Below, one piece after another: positions 29,225 to 39,613 of a DNA stretch of 64,000 nucleotides; positions within the stretch are counted from its first letter, which is position 1, and every line of letters starts with the position of its first letter. The DNA is from an uncultured delta proteobacterium (lineage in GTDB: Bacteria > Desulfobacterota > Binatia > JACPRU01): assembly GCA_963745025.1 (NCBI GenBank), contig CAVUWD010000020.1:1-64000 (forward strand). Direction: 5' to 3'. A program made the translations under genes and the position numbers. Under the pieces are notes generated by a model that ran no database searches, was not told where the DNA came from, and was given only the letters and a program-made list of their open reading frames with translations.

Positions 29225-30672
29225 ATGAAAGTTCGCTTCCGATTTCGTAGCGGCACCGCCGCTTGGCTGGTGGTGATCATGACGATCGCGCCCGGTGCGA
29301 CGTGGTCGCGAGCAGGACGGCAACTCGGAGCTCCGCAAGGAGCTCGACGCCGTCAAAAAGCAGCTCCGGCGCGTCGAAGAGCAGATGAAGCAACAAGAAG
29401 AGTTGATCCGCAAGCTGACCGCCGAGAGGCCGGTGGTGGCACCTCCGGCAACCGCCGCAGCGGCAGCCGCACCGCCTCCGCCTCCGCCCCAGCCCCTCGC
29501 CCAGGCGCCGCCGCAATGGTCACCGACGCAGCCGATCCGCTGTTCTCGGCGGAGGGCGCGGCTACCTGAACCTCTCGTTCGACTCGCTCGTCGACGTCGG
29601 CTGGTCGACGACCTCCGACGTGACCGTCGCTCGAGCTCGGCGATCACGATCCGAACCAGCGCGGCTTCACGATGCCGAACGCGGAGATCTTCTTCGACGG
29701 CGCGCGTCGATCCGTACTTCAAGGCGCGTCGCCAACATCGTCTTCAAGCTCGACGAGGACAACGAGACCGACGGTCGAGCTCGAGGAGGCCTACTGCCTC
29801 ACGACCTCGCTGCCCTGGAACCTGCAGGGGAAGGTCGGCCAGTATCTTGAGCGAGTTCGGGCGCATCAACCAGCAGCATCCGCACGCCTGGGACTTCGTC
29901 GACCAGCCCCTCGTCATCGGCCACATGTTCGGGCCCGAGGGCCTGCGCAACCCGGGCGCGCGGCTCTCGTGGCTCGTCCCGACGCCGTTCTACTCGGAGC
30001 TCTTCGGCACGCGTGCAGAACAGCCAGGGCGGGACCGCGTACAGCTTCCGGAACGAGGAGGATCGCTCTTCGGCCGAGCCCGCCGATCGAGCGCCCGGTG
30101 CGGGACCTCGGCGACATGCTCTACGTCCCGCGCTACGTCGCGTCCTTCGACCTGACCGACTCGCAGACGCTGGTCACCGGCATCTCGGGCGCGTTCGGCG
30201 CCGAACGCCTCCGGGACGACACGCACACGCAGATCGACGGCGGCGACCTCTACTGGAAGTGGAAGCCGACGTGGCAGTCGGGCGGCTTCCCGTTCGTGTC
30301 CTTCCAGACCGAGGCGCTCGGCCGCCGCTACGAGGCCGGGGCCGGAACGCCGAGGGCGACGACGGCCCGCCGGTGCGTCCTGCCGGCGACGATGTACGAC
30401 TGGGGCTTCTACGCGCAGGCCCTCTACGGCTTCCGCCAGCGCTGGGTCGCCGGACTCCGCGCCGACTGGGTGGGCGGCGACTGCGGCGCCGCCGAGACAT
30501 CGAAGCGCGCAGCGCTTCCGGCTGTCGCCCAACCTGACCTTCTACCCGACGCGAGTTCTCGAAGATCCGCCTCCAGTACAACTGGGACCACGTCCGCGAC
30601 CTCGGCAACGACAGCTCGGTGTGGCTGCAGTTCGAGCTCCTGCTCGGCGATCACGCCGCCCACAAGTTCTAG
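29225..30672 (+). CDS. Outer-membrane beta-barrel metal-uptake protein (many frameshifts)
   Basis: SD AGGAGG, N-terminal coiled coil, FGRINQQHPHAWDFVDQP, C-terminal GDHAAHKF. Confidence 0.7.
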
Positions 30673-30686
30673 AGGAGGCGACGACC

Positions 30687-31604
30687 ATGCCGATTCGAAG
30701 ACCTTCGCGACCCTCGCCTTCGCGCTCGGCGTGCTCGCTGACGCCGGCGACGCACGGCCGCCGACAAGCTCCGGGTCGTCGCCACGACGCCCGACCTCGC
30801 CGCGATCGCCCGCGCCGTCGGCGGCGACGCGGCCGAGGTGACCGCGCTCGCGCGTCCCGGCGAGGACGCGCACTTCGTCGACGCCAAGCCGAGCTTCATC
30901 GTGACGCCTGAACAAGGCCGACGTCCTCATCGAGGGCGGCGCGGCGCTCGAGGCGGGCTGGCTCCCGCCGCTCCTCGACGCCGCCCGCAACCCGCGCATC
31001 GCGGCGGGGGCGCCGGGACGCGTCGTCGCCTCGGACGGCATCTCGCTGCTCGAGGTCCCGACGCGCCTCGACCGCTCGATGGGCGACGTGCATCCCTTAC
31101 GGCAATCCGCACTTCGTCCTCGATCCGCGTGAACGCGAAGACCGTCGCGCGGCACGATCGCCGACGCGCTTCTGCGCGGTCGACGCAGCCGAGCGCTGCG
31201 CACGCCTACGAGCCGAGCGCTCGGCGCTTCGCCGGACGCATCGACGCGAAGCTGCCCCGACTGGCAGACGACTCTCGAGCGCTGCGCGGGGCCAAGGTCG
31301 TCACCTACCACAAGGACTTCGACTACTTCGCGCAGCGCTTCGGGCTCGAGGTGGTCGGACACCTCGAGCCGAAGCCGGGCATTCCGCCGTCGCCGACGCA
31401 TCTCGCCGAGCTGGTCCCGAAGATGAAGGCGCAGGGCGTCCGTCTGATCCTCGTCGAGCCGTACCGCGAGCGCGACACCCCGACTTCGTCGCCGAGAAGA
31501 CCGGCGCGCGCGTCGTCCCGCTGCCGATCATGCCGGGCGTGGGGAGGCGCCTGACTACGTCGCCCTGATCGATTACGACGTGCAGCAACTGCAAAGGGCG
31601 TTGA
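30687..31604 (+). CDS. Zn/Mn ABC transporter substrate-binding protein (frameshifted)
   Basis: EDAHFVDAKPS, MGDVHP.GNPH, TYHKDFDYFA, EPKPGIPPSPTHL. Confidence 0.8.
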
Positions 31605-31635
31605 GGCCAACGTGAGGTGGCGCGCGGCGAGTGAC

Positions 31636-32380
31636 GTGAGGTCGCGGGGCGCTGCGGGCGAGGAGCTCGGCCGGTCGGGCGCTCTGCTCGCGCTCGACGA
31701 CCTCACCGTCGGTCTACGACGGCAGCGCCGTCTTGCGTCACGTGTCCTTCTCCATCGTCGCGGGCGAATGCATTGCCCTTCTCGGGCCGAACGGGAGCGG
31801 GAAAACTACCTTGTTCAAGACCCTACTTGGGATTCTTCCGCCCATTGCCGGCGCGGTCCGAACCAGCGCGGAGGATCCGCCGCGCTTCGGATACGTGCCC
31901 CAACGGGAGCGTCTCGACTCGATCTTCCCGGTCACCGTTCGCGAGGTGGTCCGCATGGGCGCCTACCGTCGGCTGCGGCCCTTTCTTCGGCTTCCCGAAG
32001 CCTCGCACGAGGTCGTCGCCAACGCTTTGGGGCGGGTGGGAGCGAAGGGCTGGGAGGCCCGCGTTCTGAGCGAGCTGTCCGGTGGCGAGCGTCAGAGGGT
32101 GCTCATCGCGCGCGCGCTGGTCTCCCGCCCGAGCGTGTTGCTTCTCGACGAGCCGACGACCGGGGTGGACCTGGCGACGGAGGTCGCCGTGATCGAGCTC
32201 GTCAAGGAGCTGCTGGCAACCGGCTTGGCGGTCGTGATGGTCAGCCACAACCTCCGCACGGTGGAGCAGGTCGCCGGCCGCGTAATCTGGGTGCACCACG
32301 GGTCCGTCGAGAGCGGCTCGGCGGCCGACATGCTCACGCCCGAGCGGATTCGCGAGATGCTCACTCCAGAGGCGGGCTGA
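31636..32380 (+). CDS. Metal ABC transporter ATPase (5' frameshift)
   Basis: GPNGSGKTT, LSGGERQR, LLLDEP, VSH. Confidence 0.9.
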
Positions 32381-32385
32381 ACCCG

Positions 32386-33348
32386 ATGGCCACCTTGCTC
32401 GAAATTCTCCACCGCGACTTCCTGCTGCGCGACGCCCTCATGGCCGGCCTCCTCGTCGGCGTCGTCTGCCCGTGGGTCGGCGTCTACTTCGTCATGCGCC
32501 GCATCATCTTTCTCGGCGTCGCGCTGCCCCAGGTGTCGTCCGCGGGGATCGCGCTGGCGTTTCTCCTTCACAACCTCGGCTGGCATTTCCTGCCGCACGA
32601 CGTGGACGAGCGCTGGATGGCACTCGTCGGCTCGCTATCCCTCACGCTGCTCACCATCCTCGGGATGGCGCTCCTCGAGCGAGCCCCGGGGTCGTCCGAG
32701 GGGCGGATCGCCGTGGCCTTCATCGTCGCGGGCGCGGCGAGCATTCTCTTCGTTGCCGCCGACCCGTACGGCGAAGCCCACCTGCTCTCGCTCTTGAAGG
32801 GCGACATCGTGACCACCGGGCATGATGCCCTGCGGTTGATGGCGGTGGTCTACGGCGCGCTGTTCCTGGCGTTGTTGGCGTTTCACCGCGAGCTCCTGCT
32901 CGTCTCGTACGATCCGGAAACGGCGATTACCCTCGGCCGCTCGGTCACCGTCTGGCAGGTGGTGCTCTTCGCCATCGTCGGGATCACGATCTCGCTCGGC
33001 GTCATGACCGTCGGACCGATGGTCGTCTTCGGTCTGCTTCTGCTGCCGCCGCTGGCCGCCTATCGCGTCGTGCACGGCGTATTGCCGCTCTGTGCTGCAT
33101 CGTCCGCGCTCGGTGCCGCCAGCGCGTTCGTCGGCTTCTACCTTTCCTATCGGTACGATCTGCCACTCGGCCCGACCGACGTCATGGTCGCCGCGAGCTG
33201 GCTGGTGCTCGCCACTGCGTACCGCGTCGGGCGGCGCGCCGTGGTCAGCGCCGGGGCTCGGCGGTCAGCTCGAGCCGCCCTCGGCGTCGCCGGCGGCAGT
33301 CATGCACCTCGTCTCGCGCGAGATCGTCGCCTTTGGTCGACTACGAGT
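32386..33348 (+). CDS. Metal ABC transporter permease (ZnuB/MntB type); true 3' end uncertain
   Basis: GVYFVMRRIIFLGVALPQ, multiple TM segments, DLPLGP; the frame reads on to 33612 into the opposite-strand gene. Confidence 0.8.
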
Positions 33349-34401
33349 TCAGAACCCGACCGCCGCGAGCGCGCGCTCGAGCTGCACCTCGGTCGAACCG
33401 TAGTGGCCCTCGAGCGTCTTGGCGCGCTTGAAGAAGAAGTGCAGATCGAGCTCCCAAGTGAAGCCGATGCCGCCGTGCATCTGGATCGACTCGCCACACA
33501 CCAGCCGCGAAGCGTCTCCGGCGTACGCCTTGGCGCTCGCCGCGGCGAGCGCCGCGTCGGCCTCGGCGTTGTCGATCGACCACGCGGCGCGGTAGACCGC
33601 GGAGCGCGTTGACTCGACCCGCAGGAGCATCTCGGCGAGCCGATGCTGAAGCGCCTGAAAGGAGCCGATCGGCCGCCCGAACGCCTGTCGCGTTTTCACG
33701 TAGTCGAGCGTGATCTCGAAGGCCCGGCTCATCACCCCGAGCAGCATCGCCGCGGCGGCGGTTGCCATGAGCGGATCGAGCCGCGCGAGGATGCTCGGTT
33801 CTGCCACGAGCTCCGCTGCGTGATCGAATTCCACGCGCGAAAAGCGTTGCGCCGGGTCGAGCGTCTGGAGCGGCGTCGTCGCGAACGGACCCTCGGCGAG
33901 CGCGACGCCCTGCGGGGTGGCGACGAGCAAAGCGTCGGCGTCGGCTGCGAACGGCACGAAATATTTGGTGCCGCGCACGCGCCCATCGGCGTGGCGCGAC
34001 GCCGGCCTGGCGTCACCCGCATACGGCGAGTCGTCGCGAGCGATGGCGACGATCTTTCGTCCCGCGGCGACGTCGGACACGAGCTTCTGCCGGCCGCCGG
34101 CTTCGTCGAGCAGCGTGGCCGCGAGCACGACGTCCAGGTAAGGCCCGGGAGCGCAGGCGTGTCCCATCTCCTCGAGAACGATCGCCAGCTCGATCATGCC
34201 GAGCCCTTGGCCGCCGACTGCTTCGGGAAGGCGAAGGCCGAGGTAGCCCATATCGGCGAAGCGTGCCCAGATGGCGGCATCGAAGCCGCGCGAATCGTGC
34301 TCGATCGTCCGGCGCGTCTTCTCGAGAGGGCATTCCGCCGCGAGGAAATCGCGCGTCGAATCGCGTAGCAGACGCTGGTCCTCGGAAAGCTCGAACTTCA
34401 T
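33349..34401 (-). CDS. Acyl-CoA dehydrogenase, short partner subunit
   Basis: RQAFGRPIGSFQALQH, QMHGGIGFTWE; lacks the FSEPxxGSD motif. Confidence 0.9.
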   Translation of the reverse strand: MKFELSEDQRLLRDSTRDFLAAECPLEKTRRTIEHDSRGFDAAIWARFADMGYLGLRLPEAVGGQGLGMIELAIVLEEMGHACAPGPYLDVVLAATLLDEAGGRQKLVSDVAAGRKIVAIARDDSPYAGDARPASRHADGRVRGTKYFVPFAADADALLVATPQGVALAEGPFATTPLQTLDPAQRFSRVEFDHAAELVAEPSILARLDPLMATAAAAMLLGVMSRAFEITLDYVKTRQAFGRPIGSFQALQHRLAEMLLRVESTRSAVYRAAWSIDNAEADAALAAASAKAYAGDASRLVCGESIQMHGGIGFTWELDLHFFFKRAKTLEGHYGSTEVQLERALAAVGF

Positions 34402-34489
34402 GCGTCTCGCATCCGTGGGACGCCCGGCGCGGGTCCGGATGGAGCGCGATCGACGGTCGTCCCGTCTCTCCCTCTAACGACACAATCCA

Positions 34490-35668
34490 CTATCGGGGAC
34501 CCTCCGGCAGCCCGAGCGCTCGCTTGGCGAGGATGTTCCGCTGCACCTCCGAAGAGCCCGAGAAGATCGTCTCGGCGCGAGACCAGAGGAACTCGCGTGG
34601 CCAATCCACTTCCGAGCGTGCGTCCGGGCTCGTGCGCAAGAGCTGGCCGCCCGGGCCGAGGAGATCGAGCGCGGTCTCGCGGAAGCGCTTGTCGAACTCG
34701 CTCCAGAAGAGCTTCTCGAGCGACGCCTCGTGGCCGGGAATCTTGCCGTCGGCGAGGCTGGCGAGCATGCGCATGCCGTTGGCGCGCAGCACCTCATTCT
34801 CGACGAGGAGCCGCGCGAGCTTCTCGCGCACCGCCGCGCTCGTGCGGCCGAGCCCGCGGAGGGCTTCGGCGAGCAGAGCGAGGTCGCGCGCGTAGCGCGT
34901 GGAATGGGCGAGCGCGGCGCCGCCGCGCTCGTACGAGAGGACCGTCATGGCGATCTTCCAGCCCTCGCCGATCTTGCCGACCAAGTTCGCGCGCGGCACA
35001 CGCGCATCCTCGAAGAAGACCTCGCCGAATTCGCTCTCGCCGGTGATCTGGCGAAGCGGCCGGACGGTCACGCCGGGCGTGTCGAGCTTCACGAGGAGGA
35101 ACGAGATGCCGCCGTAGCGGTCCTTCGCGTCGGTGCGCGCGAGCACGAAGATCCAGTCGGCCCACGGCCCGAACGTCGTCCAAACCTTCTGGCCGTTGAT
35201 GACGAGTTCGTCGCCCTCGACGCGGGCGCTCGTCTTGAGAGAGGCGAGGTCGCTGCCGGACCCGGGCTCACTGAAGCCCTGGCACCAGATCTCCTCCGCC
35301 GACAGCATCGGCGGCAGGAAGCGCCGGCGCTGCGCCTCCGAGCCGTGATGGATGAGCGCTGGGCCGCAGAGCCCGATGCCGAGGAAGTTGACGATCGGCG
35401 GGGCGTCGGCGCGCGCCATTTCTTCCTCGAAGATCGATTTCTCGACCGCGGTGGCTCCCCGCCCCCCCCACTCCTTCGGCCAATCGAGGCCGAGGTAGCC
35501 TGCGTCGTTCAGCTTTCGCTGGAAGGCGCGACGCACCTCGATCAGCCGATCCGCGCTCGCCTGCGGATCACGGATTTCCTCGCGCCACGGCCGGGGGAGG
35601 TTGGCGGCGAGCCATGCGCGGAGCTCGTCTCGGAAACGGAGGTGCTCGGTGGACAGGGCGAGATCCAT
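34490..35668 (-). CDS. Acyl-CoA dehydrogenase
   Basis: WCQGFSEPGSGSDLASL, NGQKVWT, IFSGSSEVQRN. Confidence 0.95.
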   Translation of the reverse strand: MDLALSTEHLRFRDELRAWLAANLPRPWREEIRDPQASADRLIEVRRAFQRKLNDAGYLGLDWPKEWGGRGATAVEKSIFEEEMARADAPPIVNFLGIGLCGPALIHHGSEAQRRRFLPPMLSAEEIWCQGFSEPGSGSDLASLKTSARVEGDELVINGQKVWTTFGPWADWIFVLARTDAKDRYGGISFLLVKLDTPGVTVRPLRQITGESEFGEVFFEDARVPRANLVGKIGEGWKIAMTVLSYERGGAALAHSTRYARDLALLAEALRGLGRTSAAVREKLARLLVENEVLRANGMRMLASLADGKIPGHEASLEKLFWSEFDKRFRETALDLLGPGGQLLRTSPDARSEVDWPREFLWSRAETIFSGSSEVQRNILAKRALGLPEGPR

Positions 35669-35815
35669 ACCCGACCCGCTTATTGCGGGAACGTCGCCGA
35701 GTCAACGTGGCCCACGCGGCAAGCGGAGGGGATCTGTCGCTTGGTCCATGCGTTCATCGTCCCGAGAGCGCACCCGAGTTCCGGGCGGGACCGCTGCGTG
35801 CTAGGAAGCCGTCGC

Positions 35816-36085
35816 ATGGACGTTACGCGGGTGCTTCGCATCGGGGGAACGTTGGCGGCCGCCTGGGCATTCCTCTATCTGCGCTTTTCCGCCGGCTTGT
35901 TTCCGACGACCGAGGCGGACCCGATCGTCCATTGGGCGCTCCTGCCGATCGCCCTGCTTCTCGGCCTCGCCAACAGCGCGATGGAAGCGAGCGGCGCCGG
36001 ATCGGTGCCTCGCCGCGATGCGATTTGGGGTTTGGCGACCGCGCTCGCGAGCTTTGCGATCCTGCACTGGATCAAGATCGTCTAA
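35816..36085 (+). CDS. Small three-TM membrane protein
   Basis: 89-aa hydrophobic ORF filling the intergenic gap. Confidence 0.6.
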   Translation: MDVTRVLRIGGTLAAAWAFLYLRFSAGLFPTTEADPIVHWALLPIALLLGLANSAMEASGAGSVPRRDAIWGLATALASFAILHWIKIV

Positions 36086-36089
36086 GGTT

Positions 36090-36644
36090 TCACGTCCAGA
36101 ACTCCGGCTTCGCCAGCGCCTCGGGCCCCATGTATTCGTCGATCAGCACGCGCGCGGCGCGGTAGATCTCGCCGAGGTCGCGGAAGACGATCTCCTCTTT
36201 CCACTCGCCCCGCACCCACACGTCGAAGGTCGGCTCGTCGCGGTTGAAGTTGAACTCGAGGATCCGTTCCCCCACGGGGGTGCCCGTCACGATGGCGCGC
36301 ACGGATCGGCCGGAGTCGACGATCGCCGCGCGTGCCCCTTTCGGAAGCGGCAGCGCCCGCTTCACACGCTCGATGACGTTGGCCGGAACGCGCTCGTCGA
36401 TGAGGCTGAGGTAGCCGAAGCCGTCGTCCGGCGGATTGGCGGCCTCGAGGAGCTTGACGTTGAGATCGACGAGACCGGCGCGCGCGCGCTCCTGTTCGAA
36501 GCCCTTCGCGGTGATGTAGAAGCGCGCCGCCGCCGGCGCTGGCGTACTGTCTTGTCGTCCTTCACGCCCCGGCCGCTGCTGATCCACCCACCACTTGATC
36601 GAATCCTGCTCGCTCTTGGTGCTTGGCATCGCTTCCGGCACCAT
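36090..36644 (-). CDS. Hypothetical protein
   Basis: 184 aa, protein-like composition and codon bias. Confidence 0.65.
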   Translation of the reverse strand: MVPEAMPSTKSEQDSIKWWVDQQRPGREGRQDSTPAPAAARFYITAKGFEQERARAGLVDLNVKLLEAANPPDDGFGYLSLIDERVPANVIERVKRALPLPKGARAAIVDSGRSVRAIVTGTPVGERILEFNFNRDEPTFDVWVRGEWKEEIVFRDLGEIYRAARVLIDEYMGPEALAKPEFWT

Positions 36645-36675
36645 ACCCGTCCGCCCGAAGCGGCGGCAATACCCT

Positions 36676-37062
36676 CTATCGGTGGCCGTTGTGGCCGTTC
36701 ACGCCGCGCACCATGCGATAGGCGAAGGTGTCCGCCTTGCGCTCCGCGTCCGCCCAGAAGATGTAATGCCCCATCTCGTGATAAACGGTGTTGATCCAGC
36801 GCCGCTCCGAGTTGTACTTGCGGCCCCGCTTCCAGTTCTCGGGATGGACGAGGTGGACCTTGCCGTCCTCGTAAGTGCGGCCGCCGCTCTTCCCCCAATC
36901 GAGATACTCAAACCAGGCGACCCTCGGCGTCGGCAAGCGGTAGAAGCGGCTGACCGCGATCACCGCGCGGCGAAAGTCCGCGGGGCGGTAGTCGGCGAAG
37001 AAGCGGCTGAGTAGTTTGTCGATCTGACGCCGATCGCGCAGCGCCGGAAGCATCATTTTCAT
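36676..37062 (-). CDS. Small HExxH zinc-metallopeptidase-like protein
   Basis: TVYHEMGHY...AERKAD. Confidence 0.7.
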   Translation of the reverse strand: MKMMLPALRDRRQIDKLLSRFFADYRPADFRRAVIAVSRFYRLPTPRVAWFEYLDWGKSGGRTYEDGKVHLVHPENWKRGRKYNSERRWINTVYHEMGHYIFWADAERKADTFAYRMVRGVNGHNGHR

Positions 37063-37099
37063 CAGAACCGGCTCCCGTCCGAGGACCCCTGAGCCGCAA

Positions 37100-37129
37100 A
37101 GGCTAAGCGGCGACTCGGAGGCTTGTCAA
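37100..37129 (-). promoter_or_regulatory. Sigma70-like promoter
   Basis: TTGACA-N18-TAGCCT upstream of the HExxH gene. Confidence 0.5.
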
Positions 37130-37210
37130 ATCGGGTTGAAAGTCGCCCGCCACGGCGAGGCAAAAATCCTTGACTGCACATATGATTATCCATATTCGGC
37201 TCGGCCATCG

Positions 37211-38710
37211 ATGCCACGGTTGCCTTCCCGATTGGCGGCGATCGCATGCGCGATCGCGGCAACTGTGGCGGAGGTCGGAGCCTTTCCGGTTCGCATCCCC
37301 GATTTGCCCGCCTCCGTGCAAGCCGACCTCGAGGGCAGGCTCGAGTTCCTCGACGTGGAGCGGGTCGAGTCTTCGAGCCCGTACCAGAATCCGCAGGTGA
37401 AGCTGCGGCTCAACCTGACCACCGACTTCTCCCCGCAGTTTCGCTTCGTAACCGGCCTGACGGGTACCGCTGGGGGGACTCCACACAACGCCAACGGTGC
37501 GGGCGTCTACGACTTCGGTCACGTCCTTCAGGAGATCTCGCCGAGCCTGGAATTCGGTGAGGCGTATCTCGACTTTCACTCCTCGGCCGTCGACCTGCGC
37601 GCGGGCCTCCAGAAGTTCGCGTGGGGGAAGCTCGACACGCTGCAGCCGAACGATCTGCTGAATCCGCAGACGTTCTACGACCCGCTGCTCGAAGAGGAGA
37701 CCGACCGCAAGATCGGCATACCGGCACTCGCCCCGACGCTCTACCTCCCGTCCGTGGAGTCGCCGTTTTCGCTCGAAGAGCCTCGTCTGACGTTCGTGTG
37801 GGAGCCGATCTACGTCCCCTATTATTTTCCGGATCAGAACGAGCGCTGGTATCCGCCGCTCGCGCGCGCGCCGAGCGAGAGCCAGGTGATGGGCGTTACC
37901 GTCCAGAACCAATCGAGCTTCCGCAACGCCCCGGTGCCGGCGCGCACGTTCGACAACGGTACCTACGCCGTCCGCGCGGCGGGTCGGTTCGGGCGCGCCG
38001 ATCTCGCGCTCTACTACTTCGACGGCTTCGACACATCGCCGGCCCTCGACGCGTCGGCGCTCGGCTTCGCGCAGCTCGATCCGCTGAGCCCGCAGCTCGT
38101 CGACGTGCGGTCGGAAGTCCAGGTGTTTCCCGAGTTCAAACGCATTCAGGCGGCAGGGGCGGACCTCGCGTGGAGGCTCTACGAGGCCACGCTGCGGCTC
38201 GAGGGAGCGTACGTCTTCGACCGACTCTACACGCGGAACATCAGTGACATCATCGCCACCGAGCAATTCGGCCCGATCGATCAGGCCGCGCTGTCCACCG
38301 GACGCCAGATCGAAGTGCCGGTGACCTTGAGCCCGGCGAACGTGCGCCGCAACGGCGTGGCGTGGGGGGCCGGCGGCGATACGTTCATCGGCGATACCTT
38401 CGTGCTCTTACAGGCGAACCAGACCATCGTGCTGAACAACGACGTCGACCTGCTGATCAGTGACTACGAGACGCGATTCTCGATAACGATTCGGCGCGGC
38501 TTCCTCGACGATCGGCTGACGGCCGAGCTGAAGGGGCTCTACGGCATGCAGGGCGTGTACGGGATCGCGCACCCGCGACTCACTTACTCGGTGAACGATC
38601 ACCTCGATGTGCGCATCGGCTACCTCGCGATCGAGGGGCACGAGAATTCGCTCATCGGCCAGTACAAACACAACGACGAAGCCTACGTTCGCGCCAGGCT
38701 CCTGTTCTGA
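37211..38710 (+). CDS. Outer-membrane beta-barrel protein (DUF1302-like)
   Basis: Signal peptide, GLQKFAWGKLD..PND.LNP, C-terminal Phe. Confidence 0.75.
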   Translation: MPRLPSRLAAIACAIAATVAEVGAFPVRIPDLPASVQADLEGRLEFLDVERVESSSPYQNPQVKLRLNLTTDFSPQFRFVTGLTGTAGGTPHNANGAGVYDFGHVLQEISPSLEFGEAYLDFHSSAVDLRAGLQKFAWGKLDTLQPNDLLNPQTFYDPLLEEETDRKIGIPALAPTLYLPSVESPFSLEEPRLTFVWEPIYVPYYFPDQNERWYPPLARAPSESQVMGVTVQNQSSFRNAPVPARTFDNGTYAVRAAGRFGRADLALYYFDGFDTSPALDASALGFAQLDPLSPQLVDVRSEVQVFPEFKRIQAAGADLAWRLYEATLRLEGAYVFDRLYTRNISDIIATEQFGPIDQAALSTGRQIEVPVTLSPANVRRNGVAWGAGGDTFIGDTFVLLQANQTIVLNNDVDLLISDYETRFSITIRRGFLDDRLTAELKGLYGMQGVYGIAHPRLTYSVNDHLDVRIGYLAIEGHENSLIGQYKHNDEAYVRARLLF

Positions 38711-38789
38711 TGGGGGTCTCGTCCGATGTCGGTGAAGTACGCTTGGGGGTGTTCGTGCTCCGCGCGGTTGCCCTCGAGGGAGGTACGGG

Positions 38790-39599
38790 ATGATGGGGAA
38801 GAATTGCCTGGTCTGGCTGCTCTGCGCGGCACTGGCGCCGGCGCTTGCCCGTGCCGAGCCCGCTCGCGAGATGCTCGACCAGGCCAAGGCGGTCAACGAC
38901 GCTCGCGAACCGAAAGACACGTCGCAGCGAACCAAGATGGTCCTCATCGATTCGCGCGGCGGCCAGCGGGTTCGGGACCTCGAGGTGTACGGCAAGAACT
39001 ACGGCCACCGCACGCGCAAGGGCATCACCTTCTTCCTCTCGCCGCCCGAGGTGAAGGGGGTCGGCTTTCTCTCCTGGTCGTATCCCGACAAGGATGACGA
39101 TCAGTGGCTGTATCTCCCCGAGCTGAAGCGGGTGCGGCAGATCAGCGGCGCGACCCGCAAGCAGAGCTTCCAGGGCTCTGATTTCACCTACGCCGACCTC
39201 GATCTCTTCGACGACATCCGCGATTGGACGGAGGAGGAGGCGGCCTCGAAGCTCATTCGCGAAGGCGAAATCGTCGACCGCGTGCCGTGCGCGGTCATCG
39301 AGCTCGTGCCGCAAGAAAAAGAGTACGAGTATGCGCGCTTCCTGCTCTGGCTCGACCGCAAGGACTCGACGTTTCGGAAGATCGAGCTCTACGACAAGAA
39401 GGACGGCGCGCTCGCGAAGACGCTCACGCTCGCCGGCTTCGAAGCGATCGGCAACGTTCCGACGCCGCGCCGGATCGAGATGACGAACGCCAAGAAGGGG
39501 ACGAAGACGATCCTGGAGGTCTCGGACGTGCGCTACGACCGAGGCCTCGGCGACGACGTGTTCACAGAGCGGACGCTCGAGCGGGGGAAGGTGGATTGA
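38790..39599 (+). CDS. LolA-like outer-membrane lipoprotein-sorting protein
   Basis: DDQWLYLPELKRVRQI...FQGSDFTYAD, FTERTL. Confidence 0.85.
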   Translation: MMGKNCLVWLLCAALAPALARAEPAREMLDQAKAVNDAREPKDTSQRTKMVLIDSRGGQRVRDLEVYGKNYGHRTRKGITFFLSPPEVKGVGFLSWSYPDKDDDQWLYLPELKRVRQISGATRKQSFQGSDFTYADLDLFDDIRDWTEEEAASKLIREGEIVDRVPCAVIELVPQEKEYEYARFLLWLDRKDSTFRKIELYDKKDGALAKTLTLAGFEAIGNVPTPRRIEMTNAKKGTKTILEVSDVRYDRGLGDDVFTERTLERGKVD

Positions 39600-39613
39600 A
39601 GAGGCCTGTAGCC

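Noticed and set aside
31612-33612. 666-aa fused ABC protein
   Set aside because: The N-terminal part is an off-frame shadow of the ATPase; the permease begins at 32386.
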